This document shows positions 32,778 through 33,531 of a DNA stretch of 33,531 bases, piece by piece. The translations under genes were made by a program, and so were the position numbers. Source of the stretch: Bigelowiella natans CCMP2755 (lineage: Eukaryota > Protista > Cercozoa); NCBI GenBank assembly GCA_000320545.1, contig ADNK01001020.1, positions 1 to 33,531 of the forward strand, given 5' to 3'. Each line of letters starts with the position of its first letter. Position 1 is the first letter of the stretch. Below the pieces are notes generated by a model. It searched no databases and had not been told where the DNA came from. It was given only the letters and a program-made list of their open reading frames with translations.

Positions 32778-33531
32778 TTTTTCACCTGAGCTTCTTGTTA
32801 AGCGCAGCCTTTCGGAATTCAAGTTCACAAGTCTTGACATCATGCATTTTTCCACAATCCAAACCTTGAATACCAAAGAAGTAAACCATGAGGCCACAGT
32901 CTCGAAATCGAAGTTATGGCTGGCAGCAGCCGAAAGGGTCACAATTAGAACCTAGCATCCTCTGTCTGAACCATACAATGGTGATTTATTCAAGAACACA
33001 CTCCAGGATTGATTTTCATTTTATTGTTGCAGAATTACGCTAGGATTTGCTGCACTGTTAGTTATGGCTGTACTTCTTGCACAGTCTCACTATGAAGCGG
33101 ATTTTGGCGCGACAGGTGAACAAATCGTGTGTTGGGATTGATGGTCTAAAGAATTGGAACTGCTTCCAAGTCAACAACTGCTTTCCTACACCCCCTATCT
33201 AGGTAGCTCGCTTACCCTAAGAAAAGTATTGTCAAAGACGACGCCCATATATGGCAAATGGTACGCGACAACAAGAAGGTATCTCCCATCATCAAAGATG
33301 CTGACAAGGCACTGTAGCATTGCCAGAGCGTCGTCGTCGTCGTCATCGTCACCGTCATCATCTTCGGACCTTCAGCTATACAGGTTAGAGAATGGTTATT
33401 TATATGCTGTGTAATAATTTACAACATCGGTATTAGTGAAGAAAATTTAATTAGTTACCAGAGTTATGGTGATGATGACACACCAGAAAAATGAGCGCGA
33501 GGGAGATACAACGGGGGAGGGGGGGGGGGGG

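Noticed and set aside
32733-33414. Possible further gene fragments at the right end (SAM-like 'ETVASWFTSL' on the minus strand; 86-aa ORF on the plus strand)
   Set aside because: They are too short and have no convincing motif series or splice-consistent model.

Overview
AT-rich eukaryotic (protist-like) genomic DNA with GT-AG introns full of microsatellites. I cannot assign the organism. Five protein genes can be reconstructed by hand: (1) the 3' part of a JmjC oxygenase (+, <277-3572); (2) a TrhO/YceA-family rhodanese-domain protein (-, 4147->10355); (3) a bifunctional PabA-PabB aminodeoxychorismate synthase (-, 13068-20120); (4) a secreted ShKT-domain prolyl 4-hydroxylase (-, 22288-27339); (5) a nearly intronless SPT5 with several frame disruptions (+, 27829-31038). 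The most striking signal is non-genic. Three ~1.1-1.4 kb intergenic islands (about 11.7-12.9, 20.8-22.2 and 31.55-32.6 kb) have lost almost every TpA dinucleotide except those in CTAG, while CpG persists. They contain in-register CA/TG mosaics that look like fossil (TA)n microsatellites, CA<->TG switches between repeat copies, and possible LINE endonuclease relics. I infer a strand-symmetric, context-specific TA->TG/CA (A:T->G:C) hypermutation process acting on intergenic or repeat DNA, i.e. a 'reverse-RIP'-like candidate genome-defence system. All counts are manual, and exon models are hand-built.
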